A stretch of DNA of 64,000 nucleotides, taken from contig CATNEN010000038.1 of NCBI GenBank assembly GCA_950097015.1, positions 16,244,001 through 16,308,000 on the forward strand. The letters run 5' to 3'. The notes beneath the pieces were generated by a model, which saw only the letters and a program-made list of their open reading frames with translations, had not been told where the DNA came from and searched no databases. The position numbers were made by a program, and so were the translations under genes. This DNA is from Macrostomum hystrix. Lineage: Eukaryota > Animalia > Platyhelminthes. Below, piece by piece: positions 29,221 to 40,721 of this stretch (position 1 is the stretch's first letter; each line of letters begins with the position of its first letter).

Positions 29221-30527
29221 TATTTTTCTTGCTAGCAAAGAAAAAAGAAAGGACAGCATGATTATTTTAGATTTTCAGATCCCGGTTCCGATGCAGGCGA
29301 TTCGAAGTCAACGTGTCACTGTGTTCTACAATAACTAACAATTTAACCGAATAACGAAACGCAGAGACACGCATTCTTTCGGTATATTTTTTACACAAAA
29401 AAAAATCCGATTACAATTTTGCTGTTAAATATACCGGCAGAAAAAATAAAAAAATCAATCATTACAGGATATTGATAAAGCGAATTGTGAAGAAAACTAA
29501 ATTAGCTATAACCAAAAAACTTATACTAGATATTACATTACAAAATATAATTATTGATAACCCTGTTGTCACCAACCTTAAAACCATGATGCAAGCGATG
29601 ATACAATAATCGATATTGAATGGCACAAAAGACATACTCAAGCGAGAATATACGTTTTACTATTAAGAGATAGAGCTCTTGACAGAAGTGAAAAATTTGC
29701 CGTTAAAAATTCAACAACAACCCGTTTTCAGTATTCAATTATTTTATTCTACTTTTAATTTTTTCGTAAATATAGGAAGCAAAACACAGTTTCTTCTCAA
29801 TTGACAGAGCGCAAGAGAAAAAATTGTGATAAAAGGACGACCAACGATTTTTAATAGCATAGCAATGTAGAAATGTAAGAAAAAACTAATAGAAATAAAT
29901 CGACAGAGAAAAATAAACAAAAATTGTATAGATAAAAACGTAACAATGAGCAAACAAGCAGTTGCAAGCTTCATTAAAACTACTTATAAGTAGTAAATGT
30001 GAAAGGTTGCCATTTTTTATTTCTTTGCGAGTGGACGGGGCACAATTTACACGAGTGGGAAAACAACAAAAACAACAAAGACGCAAAGATCAAAAAGGGA
30101 AGTAATATTTTGTTCCAAAATGTAAGCAATCGTACAATTTAACAACTTCAAAGGTCTTACTTCCACCCTACTCTGCTTTAAATATGATAAGACATCAATC
30201 AAAAACACCTGAAACCGACTTTGATCCACAGTTATTAGAAACTAGCATTTTGCGTAATTGCAACATTTTAAACCTCAAGAACCTTCCTAGAATAATCGAC
30301 TTAATTTCTTCATCATCTTCTCTCATCCCTTTGTAAGAAAACAAATTTTTGTTAGAAGAAACTAAACTCGTTTCTAAGAAACAGAAACACAGTTTCTAAG
30401 AAAATATGCCGAATTATAAGCCTACTTCTTCAACCTTACTGAACCCTAGTTCCATTTTACACTTTTCGAAGCTTTTTGATATTGAATTAAATAACTTCTG
30501 AAAGAGTCAAATCTTCTGTATAGCCAT

Positions 30528-33500
30528 CTACATCAGGGAGCACTTCATTTTGCGGCCGCCACGTCTGCGTTTCTTCTCTTTGGCCGGCGGCGCCTCGCGT
30601 GGCTGATTGCGCACAATGCGCACAATGGTGTTGAAAGCTTCATCAACGTTGAAAGGCGGGTCTTTTGCGCTGGTCTCGATGTATTGGATCTGGGGGAGTC
30701 AGGGATTGTTGCAGTGGGTGGATTTTATCGAACTTAACAAAGCTTATTTTATATAAGCTTTTTGGACACACTACTGAAGGACAAATGGAAAGCTACTGAA
30801 GGACAAATGGAAAGCTACTGAAGGACAAATAGAAAGCTACTGAAGGACAAATGGAAAGCTACTGAAGGACAAATGGAAAGCTACTGAAGGACAAATGGAA
30901 AGCTACTGAAGGACAAATGGAAAGCTACTGAAGGACAAATGGAAAGCTACTGAAGGACAAACAGATTTAAGCTACTGAAGGACAAATGGAAAGCTACTGA
31001 AGGACAAATGGAAAGCTACTGAAGGACAAATGGAAAGCTACTGAAGGACAAATGGAAGCTACTGAAGGACAATTTAAATGCTAATTAAGGACAAATGGAA
31101 AGCTAATAAAGGACAAATGGAAAGCTACTAAAGGACAAATGGACAAATGGGCTGAAGGACAAATGGAAAGCTAATAAAGGACAAATGGAAAGCTAATAAA
31201 GGACAAATGGAAAGCTAATAAAGGACAAATGGAAAGCTATTGTTGGACCAATAGGACGCCTAAAGTGAAATTTCAAGGAAATTTAATCCGCCTTGGCTAA
31301 CAAGAAGTGAAATCTACGAATCTGAAAGGCCAATCTAGAATTTCATTATTTCTGGCAGCAATTTTTGTGTCAGTGTGCATATTGTTAAAGCAGAGCGAAT
31401 ATTAAAAACTAGACAGCAAGTTTTAATCCGCGTTAAGATAATATCAGATGCAGCATTAATCTCTGTACGCATTTTGTCGTTTCTAAGACTTGAAAGCAGA
31501 AATTAACCTGAAAGCATTTAGTGTAGCAACTTAGCAAAGCAAAAAAATTGTGGTTTTCTTCGCAACACGGCTGTGTACACAATCTTAAATAGAAAGCTTT
31601 AGTGTTTTATTGCATAATTCATATGAAAGATTGTTTAGATGAATGCTATTTATTTCGCGTCTTAGTCTTGGCAGTCTTTGTTTACTGGAAATTTTTAACG
31701 CTCGTGGCATTTACTTGTAACTTTGAAAGTTTATTATAAAATATCGGCTCACGTCGAAAAGGATCTATAAAAAATATTTTTTCCTTGCTTATCAGAGACC
31801 TAAAAAGGCTTTCAAGAAACCGCAATCTATTTCCTATCATTTTCAAATTGTAGAAATTCTAATAAATTTATTTAAAAAGGAATATAGAAAGTGGATCGAT
31901 TTCGCAAATAGGAACTAATATAACATATAAACAAATAATTTAGTAGAAAGACAATCAGTTTCCAAGAAAGTGAAACATTTTCCAAGAATGTGGATCAGTT
32001 TCTAAGAAAGTGAAATATCTTTCTAGTAACGTGGATAAGTTTCCTAGAAAGTGGATCAGTTTTCTAGAAACGAAATTAAATACAGAGAAATTGGTAAAAA
32101 GTATTGCATATACTGTCGATACCCAAATAACCTAACAAATTCATATAAACATTTTTTTCTAGAAACCGAATTGTTTTAATAGAAACCTTAAAAATGTTTT
32201 CTTATCACGCAATTAGCTCTACAGAAAACCAAGATTTTCTCTTATTGGTTAAGTGTTTTTTAAAAAACCGATTATATTAAAAAAAAACTCATAAGCTTAC
32301 CTTCAGTTGACTGGCCAATGTCTTGCCCTCGTCTTCAAACACTTGTCGCAGGTGCACCAGATCAACCTTATTAGCCAGTAGGATCATGGGATAATTCTCC
32401 CGATCCTTGACGCGCAATATTTGCGTATGAAAATGTCGAATATCTTCAAAACTTTTCCGATCGGTGACAGAGTAGACTAGCAGGAAACCGTCACCCTTGC
32501 GCATGTACTGCTCCCGCATGGCCGAGAATTCCTCCTGGCCTGCAGCGATGGGAATAAACAAGCAAATCAAATCCCCAACTACTTGCCCTGTACTCCTAGC
32601 ATTATGATTAGCTATTCTCAGGCTCTTATAGAAAGAAAATCGTATATAAGAGTCAATACTTAACTGAATCCACTAAGGACAAATGGACAGCTACTGAAGG
32701 ACAAATGCAAAGCTACTGAAGGACAATTTAAATGCTAATGAAGGACAAATGGAAAGCTAATAAAGGACAAATGGAAAGCTAATAAAGGACAAATGGAAAG
32801 CTACTAAAGGACAAATGGAAAGCTACTGAAGACGAATGCAAAGCTACTGAAGGACAAATGCAAAGCTACTGAAGGACGAATGCAAAGCTACTGAAGGACA
32901 AATGGAATGCTAATGAAGGACAAATGGAAAGCTACTGAAGGACGAATGCTAAGCTACTGAAGGACGAATGCTAAGCTACTGAAGGACGAATGCTAAGCTA
33001 CTGAAGGACAAATGCAAAGCTACTGAAGGACAAATGCAAAGCTACTGAAGTACAAATGGACAGCTACTGAAGGACAAATGGAAAGCTACTGAAGGACAAA
33101 TGCAAAGCTACTGAAGGACGAATGCTAAGCTACTGAAGGACGAATGCTAAGCTACTGAAGGACGAATGCTAAGCTACTGAAGGACGAATGCTAAGCTACT
33201 GAAGGACGAATGCTAAGCTACTGAAGGACGAATGCTAAGCTACTGAAGGACGAATGCTAAGCTACTGAAGGACGAATGCTAAGCTACTGAAGGACAAATG
33301 GACAGCTACTGAAGGACAAATGGAAAGCTACTGAAGGACGAATGCTAAGCTACTGAAGGACAAATGCAAAGCTACTGAAGGACGAATGCTAAGCTACTGA
33401 AGGACGAATGCTAAGCTACTGAAGGACAAATGGACAGCTACTGAAGGACAAATGGACAGCTACTGAAGGACAAATGGACAGCTACTGAAGGACAAATGGA

Positions 33501-34384
33501 AAGCTACTGAAGGACGAATGCAAAGCTACTGAAGGACGAATGCAAAGCTACTGAAGGACAAATGCAAAGCTACTGAAGGACAAATGCAAAGGGGCTCTAA
33601 TGAAGGACAAATGCAAAGGGGCTCTAATGAAGGACAAATGGAAAGCTACTGAAGGACATATGGAAAGCTACTGAAGGACGAATGCAAAGCTACTGAAGGA
33701 CAAATGCAAAGCTACTGAAGGACAAATGGAATGCTAATGAAGGACAAATGGAAAGCTACTGAAGGACAAATGCAAAGCTACTGAAGGACAAATGGAAAGC
33801 TACTGAAGGACAAATGCAAAGGGGCTCTAATGAAGGACAAATGCAAAGGGGCTCTAATGAAGGACAAATGGAAAGCTACTGAAGGACATATGGAAAGCTA
33901 CTGAAGGACGAATGCAAAGCTACTGAAGGACAAATGCAAAGCTACTGAAGGACAAATGGAATGCTAATGAAGGACAAATGGAAAGCTACTGAAGGACATA
34001 TCTGTCATGTCTTTGTCATGTATATAAAGCTTCTAAGCCGGATTACTAACAATCTGATACAATAAAACTCTTGAAAATCACATAGACTATGTAATACAAC
34101 ACAAACAATATTCCTAAAATGCCTTCTATTTTTAAGCACTTAATCTAATATACTAAAAATACAAATTGAAAGTTACCAGCTGTATCTAGAACATCCAGCA
34201 GATACCATTCGTTATCAATCATCTTGTACTGTATATAGGAGTCCTCAATAGTTGGATCGTAGTCTTGAACAAACATCTTCTGGAAATACTGAATAGTTAA
34301 AGCGCTTTTGCCGACACCGCCATTTCCAACCACAACCAGCTTAAAAGTGGTTCCGTCATCACAATTCGGTGGTCGGCCAGCCAT
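30528..34384 (-). CDS. MRAS: M-Ras (R-Ras3)-like small GTPase; exons 34384-34177, 32539-32301, 30689-30528 (202 aa)
   Basis: GNGGVGKS P-loop, YDPTIEDSY effector loop, DTAG|[18 protein letters not shown]-Ras-type ETSAKDPP, polybasic tail and CAAX (CSLM). Splice phases are consistent. Confidence 0.9.
30771..31240 (+). repeat. 22-bp minisatellite (AAGCTACTGAAGGACAAATGGA) in Ras intron 2
   Basis: About 21 units visible. Confidence 0.95.
32673..33999 (+). repeat. Same 22-bp minisatellite in Ras intron 1 (about 59 units)
   Basis: Directly visible; shares the variant GGACAATTTAAATGCTAAT with the intron-2 array. Confidence 0.95.
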
Positions 34385-34834
34385 TATTTATATAATTAGA
34401 TTCGATTTAAAAATCTGAAATAGGATTTTATTAAAACAATTTTGAAAGAATTCGTTACATTAGTTAGCAGTATGCACAAGCATATGGCTTGCTGACAATG
34501 AATAGGACTAGCTTTAAATTCTTTTAGCTAGCCAAGTCTGTACTCTGTAAGCCCAATGTCAACATAGTAAAGGGTAGTCTAATAAATTAGTACTTAAAAA
34601 CTGCAGCACACATTTAAAGATAAAAAGTACCTATGAATTTGGGTCACAAAATTAGCTATTTTAGTTGAATAGGCCTACCATTTTTTGCTACCCTATTAAA
34701 TATACAACTAATGACAAAAGAAAATTCTTCGCATTGTAACCTGGGTTTTTAATCAAAATTGTGTTTCCATAATTCCATTTGGCACTTTGGGTCGAAAGTC
34801 AGGGTGCTGATATTCATCATCATTTTTCCTTAAT

Positions 34835-36190
34835 AACAACAACAAGCTACGCGGCCCGCTAGCTAGTGGCAGAGTTCAGCGTCAAAAGTGGGGGCCGTGT
34901 CAGATGGCGCGCCGCATGGCCAGCGATCAGACGAACTCTGGTCCGTTGGCAGTGTCGGGCGCTCCGGCGTTGCTCCGGCCAGAAGTCGACGCCGGCGCAG
35001 GATGGTGAACGGGCGTTGCAGCTGGGCCCTTTCATACAGGGCCATGGTCCCGACACTTTCGTCAGCTTGAAAGACAGCGCGGAGCAGCTCCGAGTGCGTC
35101 GAGTCCATTCTAGCGTAGCTGTCAGCGTCCACGTCTCGGCGTTGTACAGCAGGACGATCTCAACCACCTCCTGCCACAGTCGAGCCCTCTGACGATCGGG
35201 CAGCGCTTTGGACTGGAGGATGGCGCGTACCGAGGAGGAGTCCTCTGCCTGGTCCTCCTCCACGTGGGCACTAGACCACCGAGGTAGGTGAACCGCTGGT
35301 AGCGTGCGAGCGTGGTCGTCTGCCTGTCTGCGCCGCGGCATGTTGGAATGCTGTCTGGCAGAGTCAGCTCCTCGGTCTTCAGCATGTTGACGACTAGGCC
35401 GACGCTTGCCGCAACCTCGACTAGCCTATCTATCTGGCTTCAACACGACTACAACACGGTGTAGCCCAGCATACTGAGGCACTTTTCGTTGTAGCGGCGG
35501 CCAATGCGTCTGTGCAGCAGGAAGCCGTCTTGTGCTGAGGGGAGTTCGATCCGTAGCACCCAGTCCAGGAGCAGCACAAAGAGGAACAGCGCTAGCGTGA
35601 CGCCCTGCTGGACTCCAGACGAGGTGTCGAACAGGTTGGCAGCCCATCCGTTGTCATGACAGCAGTGTGTGTGCTGCTGTACAGCGACATGATCACGTTG
35701 ACAATCTGCTGCGGTACTTGATAGGCCTGAAGGACGACTGGGAGTGCAGCTCTTAACACTGAGTTGAATGTCTTTTGAAAGTCAACAAAGACAATGATGC
35801 ATGCCTCCTTGATGACATGGCAGAGTACAAGGATCTGGGTCATTGTGCCACAACAAGGCCGGAAGCCATTCTGCTTGTACTGCAGGAAAGGATCCAGCAT
35901 GGACTGCAGGCATTAGAGAAGCAGTTGGTTGAAAAGCTTCACAGTAAAGGACATCAGTGAGAGATCTAGCAATGATCTTCTTTCTGCATCAAAGCATGCC
36001 AACAAGCACATGGTTCATAACCTTGTGTCTTATGATGCCACATAGTGGAGATGTAGTGCCTCAACTGGAACCTCATTGGGGCTAACCTTTGCCACCTGGT
36101 GTTCTTCAAGCAATATCCTCTGTTGTCACTGGACCAGTTCAAAAGCCCTCTGTGGCTAGCAGTAGTCTCAAAACAATTTGGCTCAATGTT
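34835..36190 (-). mobile_element. Decayed non-LTR retrotransposon (RTE-like LINE) reverse transcriptase remnant
   Basis: Frameshifted fragments QNGFRP, VFVDFQKTFNSV, GVQQG, GLVVNMLKTE, FTYLG, LLYNAETWTL and AGHAARH, followed by a short (TTG)n tail. Confidence 0.8.
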
Positions 36191-37604
36191 CAAATTTTAA
36201 CATTAACTTTCATCAGCCATCAATTGTAATCTTAATATTTTCCAACTACCACAATTTCAGATTAAATAAAATTGCATTAGATACCAAACAGTGAAAAAAT
36301 GTACTGAGTTTTTTATTGAACTAAAAATAAAGGTCTGAGCTTCTGAATCTAAAAGTTCAATTTGCCATTTTACCCCATGGCAATACTATAGTACAGGTCC
36401 AAATGCTGAATGCCATGAAGTTTTGAAACAACTTGAAATAGCAAAAAAATCCTAGGATTCTAACAATTCAAAGCATTCAGTTTCAGTTTTGTTCACTTTC
36501 TTAAAAAATTAAAACCAAGGCCAAAATACACATATATTCATAAACACCAAACAGAATGCAGGTAGAAAGTAAAGAAAAATATCTTCTGGGGACCTTTAAA
36601 ATCTATACCTAATAAAGCATTTAGGCTTTGTAATTCACTATTTATTATTTATAATAGCTAGTACATACATTGCAGTAGGCCTACAGAATAGTTTGAAACT
36701 AGGCCTATTAGTTGCTTTCCTAGAATCCTAGGCAATGTGGTTTCTATGCTTTTTATGCTTATGACTGGGTGTCAGTAAGCTAGGCCTAAACAATACTGGT
36801 AGAAACAAATTGTAATGTCATTTTCAATGCGTCATGTCTATAGAAGTATGATTAGCCTAATACTAGCATAAATAGAAAAACTCTAAAAGTTAGGCCTATA
36901 GAAAATTGTTTCATTAGCAATTAACAAGCAGGAGTAAAAATGAGATGGCAATTTGTAAGAATATTTATTTGGAGACTAGCTAGGCCTACTAGCCGTTTTT
37001 TAGGCTTAGTATCTTTATAAATACATTACTAATTTACTGCCAGACTTTCGCTGGAACCTTAAAATGATTAAGCCTAACAGTAGGCCCTACCCAAAAGATA
37101 AAAGCAAACGAAATTAGACTTAGTCATTGGTGGCCGTTTTGTTTTACGTCCCTAATTATAACTTAGACATTAAGGTAAGTTATAATAAACCACGATTTAT
37201 TTAAAACACACACTCTATATTTGAATAGAATTTAGAATAGTTCTTAAATTGAAGAAATCGTAGATTTTTGTTTTATCTAAGTTAATATTAAAAATACGCG
37301 CTCGTTCAAATTACTGCTACTTAACTTCGCCGGGCGAAGGTGATCCTTCCCTATCTAGTCATTAAAGTGAGTAGCGAGTAAAAACTCGCCTTTCGCTCAC
37401 ATTACGCATTTTGAAGACGCATTTTTTACAGTGGTTTTATCTATACCAGGCTATAGCAAGTTGCTGCTGAAGAACCTACAATATCCGTGTTTTAACGCTT
37501 AAGCAACTAATTCGATCCTGTCTTCGTTTATGTACCAACATCAGCATAAATGTGGTATAAAGTGACAGTGCTTATTTTTTACGCTCCCTGAATGCCCGTG
37601 CTAA

Positions 37605-39170
37605 ATGAGGATCAGCACAGGAAAAGTATGGATTACATTTGTTCTTTGCAGTGTTGTCTGGTTGGTACTATCTGTGTCCTTCTTTTTTATTAATCATACC
37701 TCTGACCTTGGAGGCTGGAGAAAAGAAATTCAGCGCCTTATGTCACGTAACTTGTTGGCACCTCCGGGTGACAACTGTACAATCAACATGGTTTTCAACG
37801 ATCCTATATTTAAAGAAGAGAAGCAACTCAGAGACTGGCATAAAAGTGAATTTCATTTTTGCTCGCACAATATTTTCGTAGTTCCTTACGGCTTCGCTCG
37901 TCTTTTTAATGTACTATTTGATCCAAACAAAGCAACTGGTCGAACGGGAGGCGAGGAAATCTCACAGGCAAGGAGTTACATTAATCAACTCGCATAAAAA
38001 CATAATTTCCGGTAATTATACACATACATTTACTAACCTGCGCACTTATTAAACCGTAAAGTCAAATGATCCTCGACTCCTCCGCAGGTGATAAATCAAC
38101 CAGAAAAACTGGAATATTGGAAGCTAAAACCTGGAGCATTTCGCGTTCTCTGTCCAGACAAAGAGCCGGGCACAAAGCTTCTAAGCTTTGTTCACCCCAT
38201 CAACAATGCAAGATCCTATTTAAACACTGAATATTTTTCATCCACAACAACTGCCAGTTCGGAAGAGCTCGAGGAATTCTTTAATGTTAGTTCAGCTACA
38301 CATGAAGATGGGCAGAGGCTTAAAGATACCACAGTATTTGCCCTGACAAGATACGAGTACGCCAATCTATATCACACTGTCACTTATTTCTATAGTATTT
38401 TCGCTAACGCAATATTCTACGGCGTCGACTTGTCAAATTTGACAGTTCTATTTATCGATGGACACCCGCGTGGCGCATTGGATCAAGCTTGGCGCACGCT
38501 ATTTACTAGAATAGTTCGCATTGGTCAGTTAAAGAAACAGCAGTTCATCAGCGACCTGGTCCTAGTAATGATGGGCTATGATTCGCCGATGTTTAGCAAT
38601 CAAAAAGATCTGCCTATGCACGAACTATTTCGTCAGTTTGTTCTAGGAAGGCACGGAATCTCATCTGAGCACAATGAGACTCAATCTCGCCTGGACTGTA
38701 GGGGCAGTCGAATTTTAATCGTCTGGCGTCGCGACTACGTGGCGCATCCCAGGAACCCGCGTGGCAGCGTGCAGCGCAAGATCGCCAACGAGGCTCAGCT
38801 CCTGGCCGAGCTGACAGCCGCTTATCCCAGGCTGCGTCTTCGCGTTCGAGGCCAGGCAATGGAGAGCCTGACATTTGCCCAGCAGCTCAGTATAGTGGCC
38901 GACACTCGGGTGCTAATCGGCATGCACGGCGCCGGCCTGACGCACGCCATGTTCCTGCCAAAGCGGGCTGGCCTTATTGAACTATTTCCAAAGTACGGCA
39001 AGCACGCCAACGCGCACTTTCGCAGCATAGCCCAATGGCGCGGACTGGCCTACGAGCGCTGGGTGAATAAAGTGCAACGCGACGAGCTGCCGGGATTCAG
39101 GACCCGAATACCAAACGGTCTAGTTGCCAAGCTGCTGGGAAGTGTGCTGAGAAATTTGAGATGCCTCTGA
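37605..39170 (+). CDS. Glycosyltransferase family 61 (EOGT / xylosyltransferase-like), type II membrane protein; exons 37605-37967 and 38088-39170 (about 481 aa)
   Basis: N-terminal signal anchor; motifs RYEYANLYHT, LFIDGHP, WRRDYVAHPRN, RKIANE and IGMHGAGLTHAMFLP..LIELFP typical of GT61. The join needs a GC donor. Confidence 0.88.
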
Positions 39171-40464
39171 GCTGCCCGAATTATTGAAGGATTTTTTTAC
39201 ATGTAACGAGCATTTTCCTCTTGCCGATGAAAATGTGACGAATTTTGCGTATTTTTTTCTCTGGCTCAAATACGCTCGTAAGCGTAAAATTATTACTAAC
39301 TAATCGTTGCCTTCATATTAATTACAAAGATTAGCAACTATTATTAAACAACAGTGAGAAAACTGCGGCCATTTGCTTTTAGAATTTTATCACGCAATGC
39401 GCATCACCGCCAGAGTTTGGGCGACAACGAAAGAACTTTCAACAAAAGAAGAACAAACACGACACACGGGCAGAGGGGAAAGAACCGTAAAGCAGGCCAC
39501 AATAGGGATTAGATGAAAGAATAGGACATTGTTAAGTGAAGGAAGAGAGGCAATGACTGGGATATGCCTTTGTGATTGCGTACAGCACGCACAGCTCTCT
39601 CCCACTCACTCGCTAGACTATTCTAGTCTGATTATGCCCCGTGACAGTTGTTGATTGATGCTTAACAATGCTCCACAAGGATAGCATCAATGTTGTGAGT
39701 ATAGTTGTACCTAAACCAATAGAGTTCACTTAGTTCTGCGGTGCCACATGCACTTTAATTTTTTTAACACTGAAGGCCGCTTGCGCTGTTTGCATATCGT
39801 TTATATCTACTCGGTACTTAATAAATACCTGAATAAATAGTTGCAACTGAATAAGTAATTCAGACCTGTTCCATCTGTCCGACTCTCTCCCATCTGATCT
39901 GTCACTCTTTATCCAATCTATTAAATTTGAGAACAAAGCTAGTGTCTAAATCCATAAGTAAATTAAAATTAAGAACAGTCTGGCTGTCTCGGGAAAATTC
40001 AATGGACCGGATGTCGCCGCTGATCTATCGCAAAAATTGATTCCCTGTTGAACTGTGCCGCATGAATTCAACTGGGAGACAGCGCTAAAACTGTGCCACA
40101 CTTCCCCAAGAGCTTGAAGATAGAAAGAATTGGAATTCATAAATAATCATTTTTTTTCCTAGCATTTACTATGAGTAGTAGGCGGCAGATATCGGGCAAA
40201 AATGCAGAAAAAAACTTAAAACTCACAACTGAATTTTAAGAATTAAAAAATCATTTTAAATTCGTGCTCTTTGCAGGAAACAACAATTACGAGTATTAAC
40301 TTTAAGCGATACGAGCTTAATACAATTTCAGATTGTTTTCGGTGGGTTCATGGATAATAAAATTTCTGCTCACGTGATTTGGATTATAAAGTGCATTTCA
40401 TCTAGCTAAAGCCCTGGCGCCTCGTTACCGCATCCGATAAAAGGCTGAGTAATCTGGCTTCTCT

Positions 40465-40508
40465 GTTTCCATGGCGACAGGATGGCACAATCTAGTTGCC
40501 TCGGCAAT
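40465..40508. promoter_or_regulatory. Two RFX X-box-like motifs (GTTTCCATGGCGAC; GTTGCCTCGGCAAT)
   Basis: Imperfect palindromes resembling the X-box consensus GTNNCC-N0-3-GGNAAC, about 215-255 nt upstream of ATG 40722. Confidence 0.5.
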
Positions 40509-40721
40509 TAGACGCACTGAGCCTTCGTTGGGATAAATTAACAATGAGATAAGCTTCACCCAGCTAGGAAGTTTTTTTCGGCGATTATAAATATTTAATT
40601 AGAAGAGAGTTGGAAGGTTGAAGAATCTTAAAAACACACCGATCGACGTGAGTTCTGAGTTTCGTATCGCAGTTTGAGCGACCAGAAAGATAGGCAGATA
40701 TACAAGTGTTGCGTTATAGAA

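Noticed and set aside
34860-34940. LINE 3' end as the partner tail of SINE B
   Set aside because: Only a short weak resemblance (CGGC..GC.CATCTG); not distinguishable from chance.
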